This document shows, piece after piece, positions 1 to 9,019 of a stretch of DNA of 64,000 nucleotides (positions within the stretch are counted from its first letter, which is position 1; each line of letters begins with the position of its first letter). Both the position numbers and the translations under genes were made by a program. The notes under the pieces were generated by a model. That model worked only from the letters and a program-made list of their open reading frames with translations, was not told where the DNA came from and did not search any database. The DNA is from Candidatus Omnitrophota bacterium (GTDB lineage: Bacteria; Omnitrophota; Gorgyraeia; Gorgyraeales; Gorgyraeaceae). The stretch lies in the NCBI GenBank assembly GCA_041653835.1, contig JBAZEP010000001.1, positions 19,082 to 83,081 on the forward strand, in the 5' to 3' direction.

Positions 1-214
1 TTCCCATTTTCTCAAAACTCTCCCTGGAAGGTACCGTACCCGTGAGAGTAATAAATTTTTTCATGTCGCTTATTTTCCGCTCAAGCTCTTCGTCAATTAT
101 CGAATTGCCCTCTTTAAGGAACGGGCTGAGGAAGAATATGTATATTCCCGCCAACGCGGCAAGGATTATAAGCCCCTGCTTCAGCATATTCTTTTCTTTC
201 GGCATTTTTGCCAT
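1..214 (-). CDS. PilO-like pilus assembly protein, N-terminal part (gene continues beyond the window start)
   Basis: Minus-strand ORF has ATG at 214..212, 3 nt downstream of the pilM-pilN stop, and is not in the ORF track because it runs off the window. Own translation gives MAKMPKEKNMLKQGLIILAALAGIYIFFLSPFLKEGNSIIDEELERKISD..., a single TM helix followed by a coiled-coil-like segment, as in PilO/PilN. Confidence 0.35.
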   Translation of the reverse strand, partial: MAKMPKEKNMLKQGLIILAALAGIYIFFLSPFLKEGNSIIDEELERKISDMKKFITLTGTVPSRESFEKMG

Positions 215-215
215 A

Positions 216-1739
216 CTAACTCCCCGTCAGGACAACATCCATAGTAATGCTGAACTTCACTATCTCTTCGCCCGTATTCCTGTCGTTCTCCACCGAAGAC
301 GATACCGGCCGCACATCCCCAAAGCCCGGCAGTCCTTTAAGGTTAGACACGAAATTATTTACCGATTGATAAGAAAGCGCCTTTCCGTTAACGTCCATAC
401 GGCCGACCCCGTCTTTTTCCAGCGATATAACGCCCGACAGGTCCGTGATCCAGACGTCTTTCGGAAGTATCTCCGCGACAGCGCCGAATATGCCCAGCCA
501 GACAGCCCGTGAAGAAGCTGTCTGGTATAGCGATCGCATCTTGCTCCTCAGGACACTCTCTTCTTCTCGTATATCCTTTATCCTGGGCTCATATACCCTG
601 TACGTCTCTATCATCTCCTCTATCTTGTCCAGCCTGCTCTTCTTTATATAATAATCCTGCCTCGCGAATATAGAAAGGCTGATGACTATCATCGCGGCCG
701 CTGCTATCGAAAATCCGGAATAAAGGCGTTTTTGAAAAACCGATTTTTTCTCAAGAAGCGTTTCTTTGAGGAAATTGACTTCTATCCTAAGGCCGGTCAT
801 GCCCCTGAGCGCGGCGCCAACGGCAACGGAAAACTGGCTCTTGAGCCCGCTTGCCTGAAGTTTCTGGAACACGTCTTTGGATATCCTGAGTTTCCTGAAG
901 GGATCCATGATCCTGGGTTTTACATTAAACCTGGAGGTAAAAGCGGATTCCACTCCCTCCATAGTGCTTCCTCCCCCTGTCAGGAAAAACTGTTCTATCC
1001 TCTTATCCTGCGGTGCCTCTTCCCCCGCCTGCATGAAATAATATTCCAAAGACCTTTCCACTTCCGCGATAAGTTCATCCACGCCCTGGCCCTTGGCCTC
1101 CTCTATACGTTCGCCCGCTATAGGAAAACTCCTCAGCCATACGTTACCTTTATTGGATATGATAAGATTGGTGGACTTCGCGCCTATATCGAGTATCGCC
1201 CCGGGAGCTTCATCGTTGAAATCCTCATTGAACAGCATGCAGTTATAAACGCTTATCGGCGCCACATCTATCAATTCCGCGGACAGCCTGACGGAATCAA
1301 GCTTTAAGACTATTTCTTCCACAATATTCTTTTTTATAGCCACTATAACGGCCTTTTTGGAGGTCTCCTTGCTTTTATTCAAAAAAGACCAGTCCCACAT
1401 AACCTCGTTAAGATTAAAAGGGATCTGGTTCTGGGCTTCGAATTTCATTGTTTGTTTTAATTTGTCTTCCTTTATATTAAGGAGCTTTATGAACCTCACG
1501 AAAACCGACTGGCCGCTTACGGATATGTTTACACTACCGGCCTTTATGCCGTTCTCCGATAATAATTCGGAAATAAGCTGTACAGTAACCTTGTCTTTGT
1601 CAAGCTTCGGGTCTTTAGGTATCTCTTTTATGCCCGCCCTGGTAAGCAGAATGCTATCCTTGTCTTTTTTGAGTTCGACGAGCTTTATGAAACGCGAGCC
1701 TATATCCAGGGCTATAGAACTTGTCTTGAATACAGCCAT
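216..1739 (-). CDS. pilM: Type IV pilus assembly protein PilM fused to a PilN-like membrane/coiled-coil domain
   Basis: 507 aa. The N-terminal ~340 aa is an actin-like ATPase fold of PilM type (ALDIGSRFIKLVEL..., ILDIGAKSTNLII). It is followed by a TM helix (FSIAAAAMIVISLSIF) and a coiled-coil C-terminus typical of PilN/PilO. Confidence 0.7.
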   Translation of the reverse strand: MAVFKTSSIALDIGSRFIKLVELKKDKDSILLTRAGIKEIPKDPKLDKDKVTVQLISELLSENGIKAGSVNISVSGQSVFVRFIKLLNIKEDKLKQTMKFEAQNQIPFNLNEVMWDWSFLNKSKETSKKAVIVAIKKNIVEEIVLKLDSVRLSAELIDVAPISVYNCMLFNEDFNDEAPGAILDIGAKSTNLIISNKGNVWLRSFPIAGERIEEAKGQGVDELIAEVERSLEYYFMQAGEEAPQDKRIEQFFLTGGGSTMEGVESAFTSRFNVKPRIMDPFRKLRISKDVFQKLQASGLKSQFSVAVGAALRGMTGLRIEVNFLKETLLEKKSVFQKRLYSGFSIAAAAMIVISLSIFARQDYYIKKSRLDKIEEMIETYRVYEPRIKDIREEESVLRSKMRSLYQTASSRAVWLGIFGAVAEILPKDVWITDLSGVISLEKDGVGRMDVNGKALSYQSVNNFVSNLKGLPGFGDVRPVSSSVENDRNTGEEIVKFSITMDVVLTGS

Positions 1740-1925
1740 CTATTTTGTCCTTCCCATTATGGCCCTCAATCTCTTTATATCATCTTCTGTATATTCCCTC
1801 CACCCGTTAAGCGCGTTCCTCCTGGCAGGCGGGAATAACTTTCTGTTCTCATATCTTACGAGCGTCTGTTTCGATATGCCCAGAAGCTGGGCGGTCTGGG
1901 TAACAGAATAATATTTTTCTTTCAT
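1740..1925 (-). CDS. Small HTH DNA-binding protein (MerR/excisionase-type helix-turn-helix), 61 aa
   Basis: Sequence MKEKYYSVTQTAQLLGISKQTLVRYENRKLF... has an HTH_17/MerR-like N-terminal helix-turn-helix. An SD GAGGTGG lies 7 nt upstream of ATG 1925..1923. The ORF track starts further upstream at 1997 but no RBS supports that start. Its stop abuts the pilM start, so the two are translationally coupled. Confidence 0.6.
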   Translation of the reverse strand: MKEKYYSVTQTAQLLGISKQTLVRYENRKLFPPARRNALNGWREYTEDDIKRLRAIMGRTK

Positions 1926-1974
1926 ATATGCCACCTCGCTATTTAATAACATGTTTAGCTCCATAGACAATTCA

Positions 1975-2029
1975 CCCCATTCCAAATCTGATAGCAAGTT
2001 TCCGGCTATCTATTAGATTTGGAACGGGG
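1975..2029. repeat. 55-bp palindromic leader element with terminal inverted repeats CCCCATTCCAAATC...GATTTGGAACGGGG (copy A)
   Basis: Arms CCCCATTCCAAATCTGATAG / CTATCTATTAGATTTGGAACGGGG form a ~20-bp stem. It lies in the 5' leader of the HTH-pilMN operon and shares its termini with the element at 7197-7252. Confidence 0.6.
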
Positions 2030-2082
2030 ATTTTCTATATCAAAAACCTAAAAACAGCATGTATCCTGATACAGAGTGATAC

Positions 2083-2111
2083 AACTATATACTATCTGAT
2101 AGTATTTGTCA
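2083..2111 (-). promoter_or_regulatory. Sigma70-type promoter TTGACA-N17-TATAGT with a perfect 13-bp palindrome ACTATCAGATAGT in the spacer (candidate operator)
   Basis: Minus strand reads TTGACAaatactatcagatagtaTATAGT. The -35 box is at 2106-2111 and the -10 box at 2083-2088 in plus coordinates. The palindrome at 2091-2103 shares the CTATC(A/T)GATAG motif with the leader hairpin at 1975-2029. Confidence 0.45.
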
Positions 2112-2130
2112 AGATAACGGGGTAAAAATA

Positions 2131-2167
2131 GTGACTAGTGACTAGTGATTAGTAGCTGGTAAGTGGT
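2131..2167. repeat. Tandem degenerate heptamer repeat (GTGACTAGT GACTAGT GATTAGT AGCTGGT AAGTGGT)
   Basis: Five consecutive 7-mers with the pattern RNYWRGT lie between the stop of the 615-aa gene and the HTH promoter. Confidence 0.4.
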
Positions 2168-2186
2168 TTGAAATAAATGGGTTGAG

Positions 2187-4034
2187 TTATTCTTCTTTCC
2201 AGAACCTGAAAGGCTTCTTTTTTTCCGGAACAGGCTTTACAGCTCCTTTTTCGCTTATGGTCCAGGTCCTTTCCGCTGGAGAAGGATCCATTTCATCGAG
2301 ATCTATCTTAGTGTTCTTGTTGACATCCTTGGCGGATTGGACCTTAAAATAGTGGTTGCCTTCTTTCAGATCCTTTCTTGTGACAGAGGTATCTTTGACC
2401 CAGCCGGACCATTCCTCATCGTCAAACTTCCACCTGAACAGGCAGTCTTCAACGCTCCCTTTGAACGTAAAAAGGGCTTCTTTGGATTTTGTCCATAAGC
2501 TCGGCCCGCTTGTAATTATGGTATCGGGCGCTATTATTATAAGCTCTATAGTATCGCTGTATATCTCGGATTCGTTCCCCGCCATATCCTTGAATTTTAT
2601 ATATACCCTGCGGGTACCGCTTATAGGTGTAAGCGTCCAGTTTTCTTTCCTGGTCTTAAATGATTCCCATTGCTCGGTATCGAACACGCCGTCGTTTGAA
2701 AGCACCATACCCTGGACCTCTGTAGTAGAATCAGTGGCGCCAAGCATAAGATTGACATATACGGAATTCGTGACGGCATCCTGATTATTTATTATAAGAT
2801 ACCCCGCGGGGCCTTTCGTATCGACCGTGAAGCTCCACACTACTTGGGATGCCTTATTGCCTACAAAATCAGCGACTTCCAGGGAGATCACGTTCTCGCC
2901 TTCGCTAAGCGGTACAGAGGGGATATATACCACGCTCTGCGCTTCATCATCATACGCGGCGTTTACATTGGATTTATTTACCTTCATATTTATGGCGTCC
3001 GGATTCACGCCGCTCTTGTCATCCGTGGCGCTAATGGTAACGGTCGGCTTATCATCAGCCAGGATCGAGCCCCTGGAAGGAGAATAGCTGCCTATGACAG
3101 GGCTGCCCCTGTCTATCCATAATTCAAAAGAGGCTATATCTCCCCAGTTACCGGCTGAATTCTCGGCCTTGATGCTGAATACCCTTACCCCGTCCCCGAG
3201 AAGGTCCTGGGGAGTCTGATAAAAATACCCGGTTGTATCTATCTCATTATCCGGGATATCGCCCCACGCGTAACTATAGCCTACGGGCTGGGCGCCTTCC
3301 GTAGGATATTCCCAATATATGTACGGATCCCCGCAGTCCTGCCATAATTTAGCTGGTATGTTTTGCCCGCCGGGCGCGGTCTGCGCCCATACCACAGGCA
3401 CCTCGATCTGGCCTGACGCTATCTTGAACCCGTTTACGGCGGTTTCCCAGCCTGAATAGTCATACCCATCGCTTACCCTCACCCGCCATTTGTAATCCAC
3501 ATAACCTTCCGTGGTAGGAAGTATGGGCGTGGTATATTCCTGGGAACCGGATTTGATTATGCCGGAATCAACTTCTATTGTCTGAAAATTATTCTTGGAT
3601 AGCTGGACATGGTAATAACGCTGGGGGTCTTCATCCTTATCCGCGACAGCCCATTTAAGCGTCGGGGGGTTGTTAAGCGTAGGCTGTCCGTCGTTATACG
3701 CGGTTATGGTCAAGCGGGGTATGGCATTTTTGGTGGAAAGCAGCCCGCCGTATATCTTGTAGCTGGTGCCCGCGACAGCCCCGGTAGCCAGGGCGGAACC
3801 AACGCTGTTCTCGGCGTTATAACTTTTCGAAACCACGCTCGCGCCTCCGCTGTCCGCCACGCCGGTATGCAGCTTATAATTTTTACTGCTGGATACGCTG
3901 GCCGTTACTATGCCGGAAAAAATAAAAAAGACCGCTGTTAAGAACACAACGGCCTTCAATATAAGGTATCTCTCTGGTTTAAATCGGCTCATATTTAAAT
4001 CAATTATATTCTCACAATATAAAAAATCAAGCAA
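2187..4034 (-). CDS. Membrane-anchored cell-surface protein, Thr/Ser/Gly-rich beta-rich repeats, function unknown (pilus-locus associated)
   Basis: 615 aa with an N-terminal TM/signal anchor (LILKAVVFLTAVFFIFSGIVTA) and a long extracellular region with Ig-like/beta-sandwich character. No catalytic motif was recognised. It is co-oriented with and 9 nt downstream of the GspK-like gene. Confidence 0.45.
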   Translation of the reverse strand: MLDFLYCENIIDLNMSRFKPERYLILKAVVFLTAVFFIFSGIVTASVSSSKNYKLHTGVADSGGASVVSKSYNAENSVGSALATGAVAGTSYKIYGGLLSTKNAIPRLTITAYNDGQPTLNNPPTLKWAVADKDEDPQRYYHVQLSKNNFQTIEVDSGIIKSGSQEYTTPILPTTEGYVDYKWRVRVSDGYDYSGWETAVNGFKIASGQIEVPVVWAQTAPGGQNIPAKLWQDCGDPYIYWEYPTEGAQPVGYSYAWGDIPDNEIDTTGYFYQTPQDLLGDGVRVFSIKAENSAGNWGDIASFELWIDRGSPVIGSYSPSRGSILADDKPTVTISATDDKSGVNPDAINMKVNKSNVNAAYDDEAQSVVYIPSVPLSEGENVISLEVADFVGNKASQVVWSFTVDTKGPAGYLIINNQDAVTNSVYVNLMLGATDSTTEVQGMVLSNDGVFDTEQWESFKTRKENWTLTPISGTRRVYIKFKDMAGNESEIYSDTIELIIIAPDTIITSGPSLWTKSKEALFTFKGSVEDCLFRWKFDDEEWSGWVKDTSVTRKDLKEGNHYFKVQSAKDVNKNTKIDLDEMDPSPAERTWTISEKGAVKPVPEKKKPFRFWKEE

Positions 4035-4043
4035 AATGTGGCA

Positions 4044-7000
4044 TTAACGTTCAAAGACCACCCAGATTTTCTTTTCGGAAAGGACCTTGCTTCCTTCCAG
4101 CACCTGGCCCGTCACTATGATCCTGTAGCAATCCGAATGCACCGTGACAAGGTTCGATATCTGCTTGAACCTGTTCTTTTTATCAGCGTCATTGGAGCCT
4201 AACGCGTGCGTGGAAATAAGGTCGCCTATGCCTAAATTAAGGCCGTTCTTATTGCCGAACACCCTGTTATTGATGATATTATCCGCCGCGGCGTCATCTA
4301 TGCCAGGCAGCGAGTTTAGAACATTTTTGGAGGCTGTATTCACGTTTATCCTGCCGTATAAATTATTAACGGGATCCAGCCTTATGAAATCGAAATGCGC
4401 CGCGCCTGTCTCGGACGCGTTCCTTACCTTTATTTCCAGGACATTTTCCGGAGTGGAAACAGCGCTGCCGGTGCCTATCTCTACATTCCCGAATGTTATC
4501 CCGTTATCGGGCCCGGGCGTGAGAGCGGGGGTAAAATCAGTCCACGTCTCATCCGCGAGGCGCATCGATACGGCTACAGCCTCGCCCTCTTCACCGAATA
4601 TTTTCAGCCTGTAATGCCCGTTTTCCAAACCGTCCCCGGCATCCCACTTCCATGTACCTGTGGAATCTTTTTTTCCGCTTTCGCACCGGTCCGTAAAAGG
4701 CTCGGCCCTCTGGACCACCTTCCATCCGCCTTCGGAACCTTCGACAAGATTGTTTTCCGCTTCCAGCCTGGCCCCGAACACCGTAAGCCTGTCCGCTATC
4801 TTGGCGATATCCTCCAGTGATAACATTTTCCATGGCTCCATCCCGAGCGATATAAAAGCGATCTCGCCGATCGACGAAAAATTCTTATTCTTTACGCTGG
4901 TCTCGGTATCATAGTGCTCGATGATCTCCTCGCCTATCTTTTCTTTCATCCCGTCATTGTTGTTGGCAAGCCCGGGCGTACCTCCTTTTTTAGCCAGGCA
5001 GGCGTACCAGTTATCCGGTATGCCGTTACTATTCGAATCTACGGCGTAAGCCGGATCTGATTTTTCCAGCGCTTTATAATCCGCCACATTGCCTGAGAAA
5101 TATTCCTGCTTGTCCACTATATGGCCCATGGGGTCTTTGAGGGTTATAAAATTCCCTCCCATGAAAGAGCTGTCGCCCAATAGATCAGAGCCCGGGGAAA
5201 CAGCTCTTAAAAAATGCAGCGCCGCGGATTTTTCTTTGCCCCATATTGAAACAAACGATATGCCGTTACCGTTTATGCCTCCCTGCGTATCATCCTTATC
5301 CACACAAAGAACAAGATGTTCATGCGGCCCTATGACTGTCCCGAGAGGGACGGTCGCGGGCCAGCCTTCCTTGCTCGGGCCCTCTACGGTCCACCCGTCA
5401 ATAGAAACCTCTTTCGGCGTCAGGTTTATCAACTCTATATATTCCGCGTCGGGCGCCTGGCTGAGTTCTATGGCCCTGAAATATGTAGAGCCCGTCTCCC
5501 TGTTATTCTGTATCCTTACCGTAAGCTTTCCGCTCGAAACAACCGCCGCTTTCCCGCCCCCGAACAAATCCCCGTCCATGACATTGGAAGAACGGCTGCC
5601 CCCTATCTCCACATCGCCTATTTCCTGGCCGCCTGAACCGCTGAACAATTTTATGTAATATTTTCCATCGGGCAGGTCCTTCCATGTCCATTCGCCTTCC
5701 CCTGTCTTGCCGCCTCCATGCTCATCGTTCTGATAGAATCCGTTCTGCCATACCCAATCCCCGCCCGGGTCCTGGCCGCTAAAAACACTCCTGGAAATAG
5801 CCGGCCTTATCATTACCTCATTTATCCTTATACCTTCCACGCCCCTTATTTCAGCCACGCTGAAATTCTGCTGGCCCATCCTGGGATATAATTCGAGATA
5901 GGAAAAATAGGACGGGTTCCCGGAACTGTTCTTGACGGAGAGGTTCAATATCTTGTTTTCGAACGAAATAGTCCCTATCCTCAATATCTCGCCGTGCCTT
6001 ACTGAATTCTGGGTCATGCCGTTTACGGTAATGTCGCCTACTGCCTCATCTTTGACACCGAACACACCTATATAGTATTCGCCTTCCGGCAGGTTGACCC
6101 AGGTAATGGCATAAGGCTGGCCGTCTTTCACATCGCTTTGATAACAACTGCCTTTCCAGAGCCAATCGCCTACCGGACCCCTGTTCACGGCAGCGAGCCT
6201 GTTATATAATTTAGGTATCAGGCTCTGGCTGAAATCGCTGTCGCAGGCGTCTATTATGTTTACCGCTTTCTGGAAAGGGTCGCTCACGCCCGCGTCCTGA
6301 AGCAATATGGCGAGCGCCTGGCTGTCCATCGAATTTATATTATTTTTCAACCTGCCTTCCACGTCCAGATTTTTGTCGAGCGAATAAGTAGTTATATAAG
6401 CGTATATTTTCGTCAAATCCTCCCTGGAGATGGATTTTATCTTGCTTATCTCAAAAGGCGTTTCAAACGCCCTGTCATCGCCATAAAGATCCAGAGGGTT
6501 ATATTCCAGGGGCTCGTCTATACCCTCGCCCGCCTCGTCCACTATGCCGTCCGAATTATTATCTATGCCGTCGGAATCTAGTATCCGCTGGTTCCGGTTA
6601 TCATCCACATCCGCCTCGCCCGGCTGGCCGTCAGGCCCATACCTGAAACCAACGATATCTTCATAAATAACTTCGGGTTCTTTTAACCCAAGGGAGGCTA
6701 TAAACTCTTTCAAGTCCAATTCATGAGGCATCCATCCTTCCGTGACCTTCAGGGGAGAAAGATTATGCTTATAAGCGAGGTTTATGTCCAGGAAAGCGGT
6801 CTCATCCTTGACTAAAACAGCGTATCTGCCCGTAACCTCGCCTTCCTCATCGTACACGTTCAGCCATTTCGAATCAGCGGTGCCATCGCCGTCATTATCG
6901 ACATCGCTTCCGGCAAAAACCGTATGCCATTTGTCCTCAAAACTGTCTATATCCCTGCCATCTTCTTTCAGGACCTGCCGGGCATATGTAACGCCTGCCT

Positions 7001-7154
7001 GCGCGAGGTATGACGCCCTCGTAGCTTCCAGGTAGTTGCCGGCAGCCTTGAGGTCGAGTCTCATCGTAAACGCGAAAGATACTGCCATTATACCCGCTAC
7101 AGCCAGAATGCTGATAACAAGTATAAGCGCGATCCCTTTATTTTGCTTGATCAT
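4044..7154 (-). CDS. Giant GspK/PilX-like minor pseudopilin with inserted lamin-tail-like domains and a C-terminal helix-hairpin-helix
   Basis: The N-terminus MIKQNKGIALILVISILAVAGIMAVSFAFTMRL is a GspK-type pseudopilin helix. The C-terminus RINVNTASKNVLNSLPGIDDAAADNIINNR matches the GspK HhH motif. The middle holds repeated IRINEVM.../EYIELINLTPKEV lamin-tail-domain-like segments. Start was moved from the ORF-track 7217 to ATG 7154. Confidence 0.6.
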   Translation of the reverse strand: MIKQNKGIALILVISILAVAGIMAVSFAFTMRLDLKAAGNYLEATRASYLAQAGVTYARQVLKEDGRDIDSFEDKWHTVFAGSDVDNDGDGTADSKWLNVYDEEGEVTGRYAVLVKDETAFLDINLAYKHNLSPLKVTEGWMPHELDLKEFIASLGLKEPEVIYEDIVGFRYGPDGQPGEADVDDNRNQRILDSDGIDNNSDGIVDEAGEGIDEPLEYNPLDLYGDDRAFETPFEISKIKSISREDLTKIYAYITTYSLDKNLDVEGRLKNNINSMDSQALAILLQDAGVSDPFQKAVNIIDACDSDFSQSLIPKLYNRLAAVNRGPVGDWLWKGSCYQSDVKDGQPYAITWVNLPEGEYYIGVFGVKDEAVGDITVNGMTQNSVRHGEILRIGTISFENKILNLSVKNSSGNPSYFSYLELYPRMGQQNFSVAEIRGVEGIRINEVMIRPAISRSVFSGQDPGGDWVWQNGFYQNDEHGGGKTGEGEWTWKDLPDGKYYIKLFSGSGGQEIGDVEIGGSRSSNVMDGDLFGGGKAAVVSSGKLTVRIQNNRETGSTYFRAIELSQAPDAEYIELINLTPKEVSIDGWTVEGPSKEGWPATVPLGTVIGPHEHLVLCVDKDDTQGGINGNGISFVSIWGKEKSAALHFLRAVSPGSDLLGDSSFMGGNFITLKDPMGHIVDKQEYFSGNVADYKALEKSDPAYAVDSNSNGIPDNWYACLAKKGGTPGLANNNDGMKEKIGEEIIEHYDTETSVKNKNFSSIGEIAFISLGMEPWKMLSLEDIAKIADRLTVFGARLEAENNLVEGSEGGWKVVQRAEPFTDRCESGKKDSTGTWKWDAGDGLENGHYRLKIFGEEGEAVAVSMRLADETWTDFTPALTPGPDNGITFGNVEIGTGSAVSTPENVLEIKVRNASETGAAHFDFIRLDPVNNLYGRINVNTASKNVLNSLPGIDDAAADNIINNRVFGNKNGLNLGIGDLISTHALGSNDADKKNRFKQISNLVTVHSDCYRIIVTGQVLEGSKVLSEKKIWVVFER

Positions 7155-7196
7155 GTTTTCATTATACAAAGCGGGCACAAGATTTGCAAACAAAAA

Positions 7197-7252
7197 CCCC
7201 GTTCCAAACCTATGCAAATCTCTTAGAGCTTACATCCAGGCTTGGAACGGGG
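7197..7252. repeat. 56-bp palindromic leader element CCCCGTTCCAAACC...GGCTTGGAACGGGG (copy B)
   Basis: It has the same terminal 12-14 bp as copy A at 1975-2029. It lies 43-98 nt upstream of the GspK-like start codon, an equivalent position to copy A. Confidence 0.6.
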
Positions 7253-7279
7253 CACATTGCTTACATGAAACTGGTTTAT

Positions 7280-7954
7280 CTATTTTCCTTTTAACTTATC
7301 CACTAATTCCTGTATCAATTTTCCGGCTATATCTTTTGAACCTATCCCGACAGCGAGCGCGAATGCCAGGCCTATGCTCCCGAGCAAAACCGTAATAGTA
7401 GTGTTCAGTATAGCGGTCGCTATGCTCAACTGCTCCAGCGTCATGATAACCGCGAATATGACTATCACGGTCTGCGTTACCTGGCTGAGCAATTTCGCCT
7501 GTTTTATGCCGGCGTTCATGGAAGCGGTCATGACTATCGAGCCTACAATACTCGCGAAAAATATACCGAGCGAGATTATGAAAATAGCCGCGATGACATT
7601 AGGTATGTATAATATGACCTTATCCAGCAGGGACGCGACTACCGTCATGCCGAGCGCATTCAGGGCCGTCATGAATACAAGAAGCATCACTATCCAATAT
7701 ACAAGCCCGCCCATTAATTCCGAAAGCGTGTTTTTTATTCCGCCTCTTCTCAATACGTCCGCGAGCCCTGATTTTTCGCTGGCGGTGTCAAACTGTATCA
7801 TCTTCAGCAGTTTGACCACTACATTCTTTAATACAGCCGCGATAATCCAACCTACCACAAGTATTACAAGTATCCCTATCAAGGTAGGTAAAAATGTGGC
7901 TGCCCTCACCAACATAGCCTTAACAGGCTCAATCACTATCATATTCCAATCCAT
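7280..7954 (-). CDS. Polytopic membrane protein with repeated conserved TM helices (MscS-associated TM_helix-like)
   Basis: 224 aa with about 6 predicted TM helices and repeated motifs (LLDKVILYIPNVIAAIFIISLG..., LEQLSIATAILNTTITVLLGS...). The family assignment is tentative. Confidence 0.35.
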   Translation of the reverse strand: MDWNMIVIEPVKAMLVRAATFLPTLIGILVILVVGWIIAAVLKNVVVKLLKMIQFDTASEKSGLADVLRRGGIKNTLSELMGGLVYWIVMLLVFMTALNALGMTVVASLLDKVILYIPNVIAAIFIISLGIFFASIVGSIVMTASMNAGIKQAKLLSQVTQTVIVIFAVIMTLEQLSIATAILNTTITVLLGSIGLAFALAVGIGSKDIAGKLIQELVDKLKGK

Positions 7955-7987
7955 ACACTACCCCCCTTTCTGTTCTTTAATGAGCAC

Positions 7988-8134
7988 GTCACTTATGGAA
8001 CGAACGAAGCGAGTGAACATAAGTGACTGCGCGAATTAAATACTTGACATTTTTCTATTGTTTTAACCGCTGGAAAAATGTCAAGTATCAAATTCAGCCA
8101 TATGACTTACGTCGTTTCACTCCGTAAGTCATGG
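7988..8134. repeat. Cluster of three perfect intergenic hairpins between gpmA and the membrane-protein gene
   Basis: H2 is GTCACTTATG/CATAAGTGAC at 7988-8027. H1 is ATACTTGACATTTTTC/GAAAAATGTCAAGTAT at 8040-8088, a 16-bp stem. H3 is CATATGACTTACG/CGTAAGTCATGG at 8098-8134. H3 contains the 14-mer CTCCGTAAGTCATG that recurs at 27048-27061. Confidence 0.55.
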
Positions 8135-8172
8135 CTTTATTTGATAAAGTATATCCTACGTTTTTATAATCG

Positions 8173-8931
8173 TCAAGGGCGGCCGGATTTTCCCTGGTTC
8201 GCGACAGACGCTATCGCGGAATTTATTTTTTCCTGGTCTCCCAGATAATAATGCTTTACAGGAGCGAGATCCTTGGTAAGTTCATAAACAAGCGGGATGC
8301 CTGTAGGGATGTTTAGTTTCACTATTTCTTCTTCGGATATATTGTCTAAATATTTTACAAGCGCCCTTAAACTGTTCCCATGCGCGGCTATAATGATCTT
8401 TTTCCCGGATCTCAGCGCGGGCGCGATAGTTTCTTTCCAGTATGGAACCACCCTGGCAACCGTCTCTTTCAAGCTCTCCGTAAGGGGAATGTCCTTCTCG
8501 GGGATATCTTTATACCTGGGATCGTTACCGGGATACCTTGGATCTTTTCTTTCAAGAGGTTCGGGCGGGATATCATAACTTCTCCGCCATATAAGCACCT
8601 GCTCTTCCCCGAATTTCCTGGCCATCTCGGATTTATTAAGACCCTGCAATCCGCCATAATGCCTTTCATTCAGGCGCCACGAGTTATATATAGATATCCA
8701 CATGAGGTCCATCTCATCCAGGGCAAACCACAATGTCCTGATGGCTCTTTTAAGGACAGAGGTATAGGCGGTATCGAATATATAACCTTCTTTTTTTAAA
8801 ACCCTTCCCGCATCCCTGGCCTCTAACATGCCTTTCTCGGACAGGTCGACATCGGTCCAGCCGGTAAATTTATTCTCTTTGTTCCAGACGCTCTCTCCAT
8901 GCCTTAAAAGGACCAGGCGTATATTTGCCAT
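8173..8931 (-). CDS. gpmA: 2,3-bisphosphoglycerate-dependent phosphoglycerate mutase
   Basis: The N-terminus carries the [12 protein letters not shown] histidine phosphatase signature. The protein is 252 aa, typical of dPGM, and carries the C-terminal histidine-phosphatase motif (AHGNSLRAL). Confidence 0.93.
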   Translation of the reverse strand: MANIRLVLLRHGESVWNKENKFTGWTDVDLSEKGMLEARDAGRVLKKEGYIFDTAYTSVLKRAIRTLWFALDEMDLMWISIYNSWRLNERHYGGLQGLNKSEMARKFGEEQVLIWRRSYDIPPEPLERKDPRYPGNDPRYKDIPEKDIPLTESLKETVARVVPYWKETIAPALRSGKKIIIAAHGNSLRALVKYLDNISEEEIVKLNIPTGIPLVYELTKDLAPVKHYYLGDQEKINSAIASVANQGKSGRP

Positions 8932-9019
8932 ATCTCAATTCTCCTCTTCTATTTGATTTAATATACAACAGTTGGCTTGAAAAATCAACTATTTCGGCGG
9001 GATTTCGCTATTTTAAAAA

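Noticed and set aside
42-512. Plus-strand ORFs (42..512, 445..651, 732..1307, 1357..1911) lying antisense inside pilM, and many similar antisense ORFs in the track (e.g. 4144..4614, 9038..9538, 16971..17690, 33926..34417).
   Set aside because: They overlap much longer ORFs with clear homology on the opposite strand. Their translations are low-complexity or Ser/Pro/Arg-rich, typical of antisense frames, and no RBS supports them.
1975-7252. The two terminal-IR elements might delimit a 5.3-kb composite mobile element carrying the pseudopilin genes.
   Set aside because: No transposase or integrase lies between or near them and there are no target-site duplications. Both elements lie at equivalent leader positions ~45-100 nt upstream of start codons, which fits regulatory elements better.
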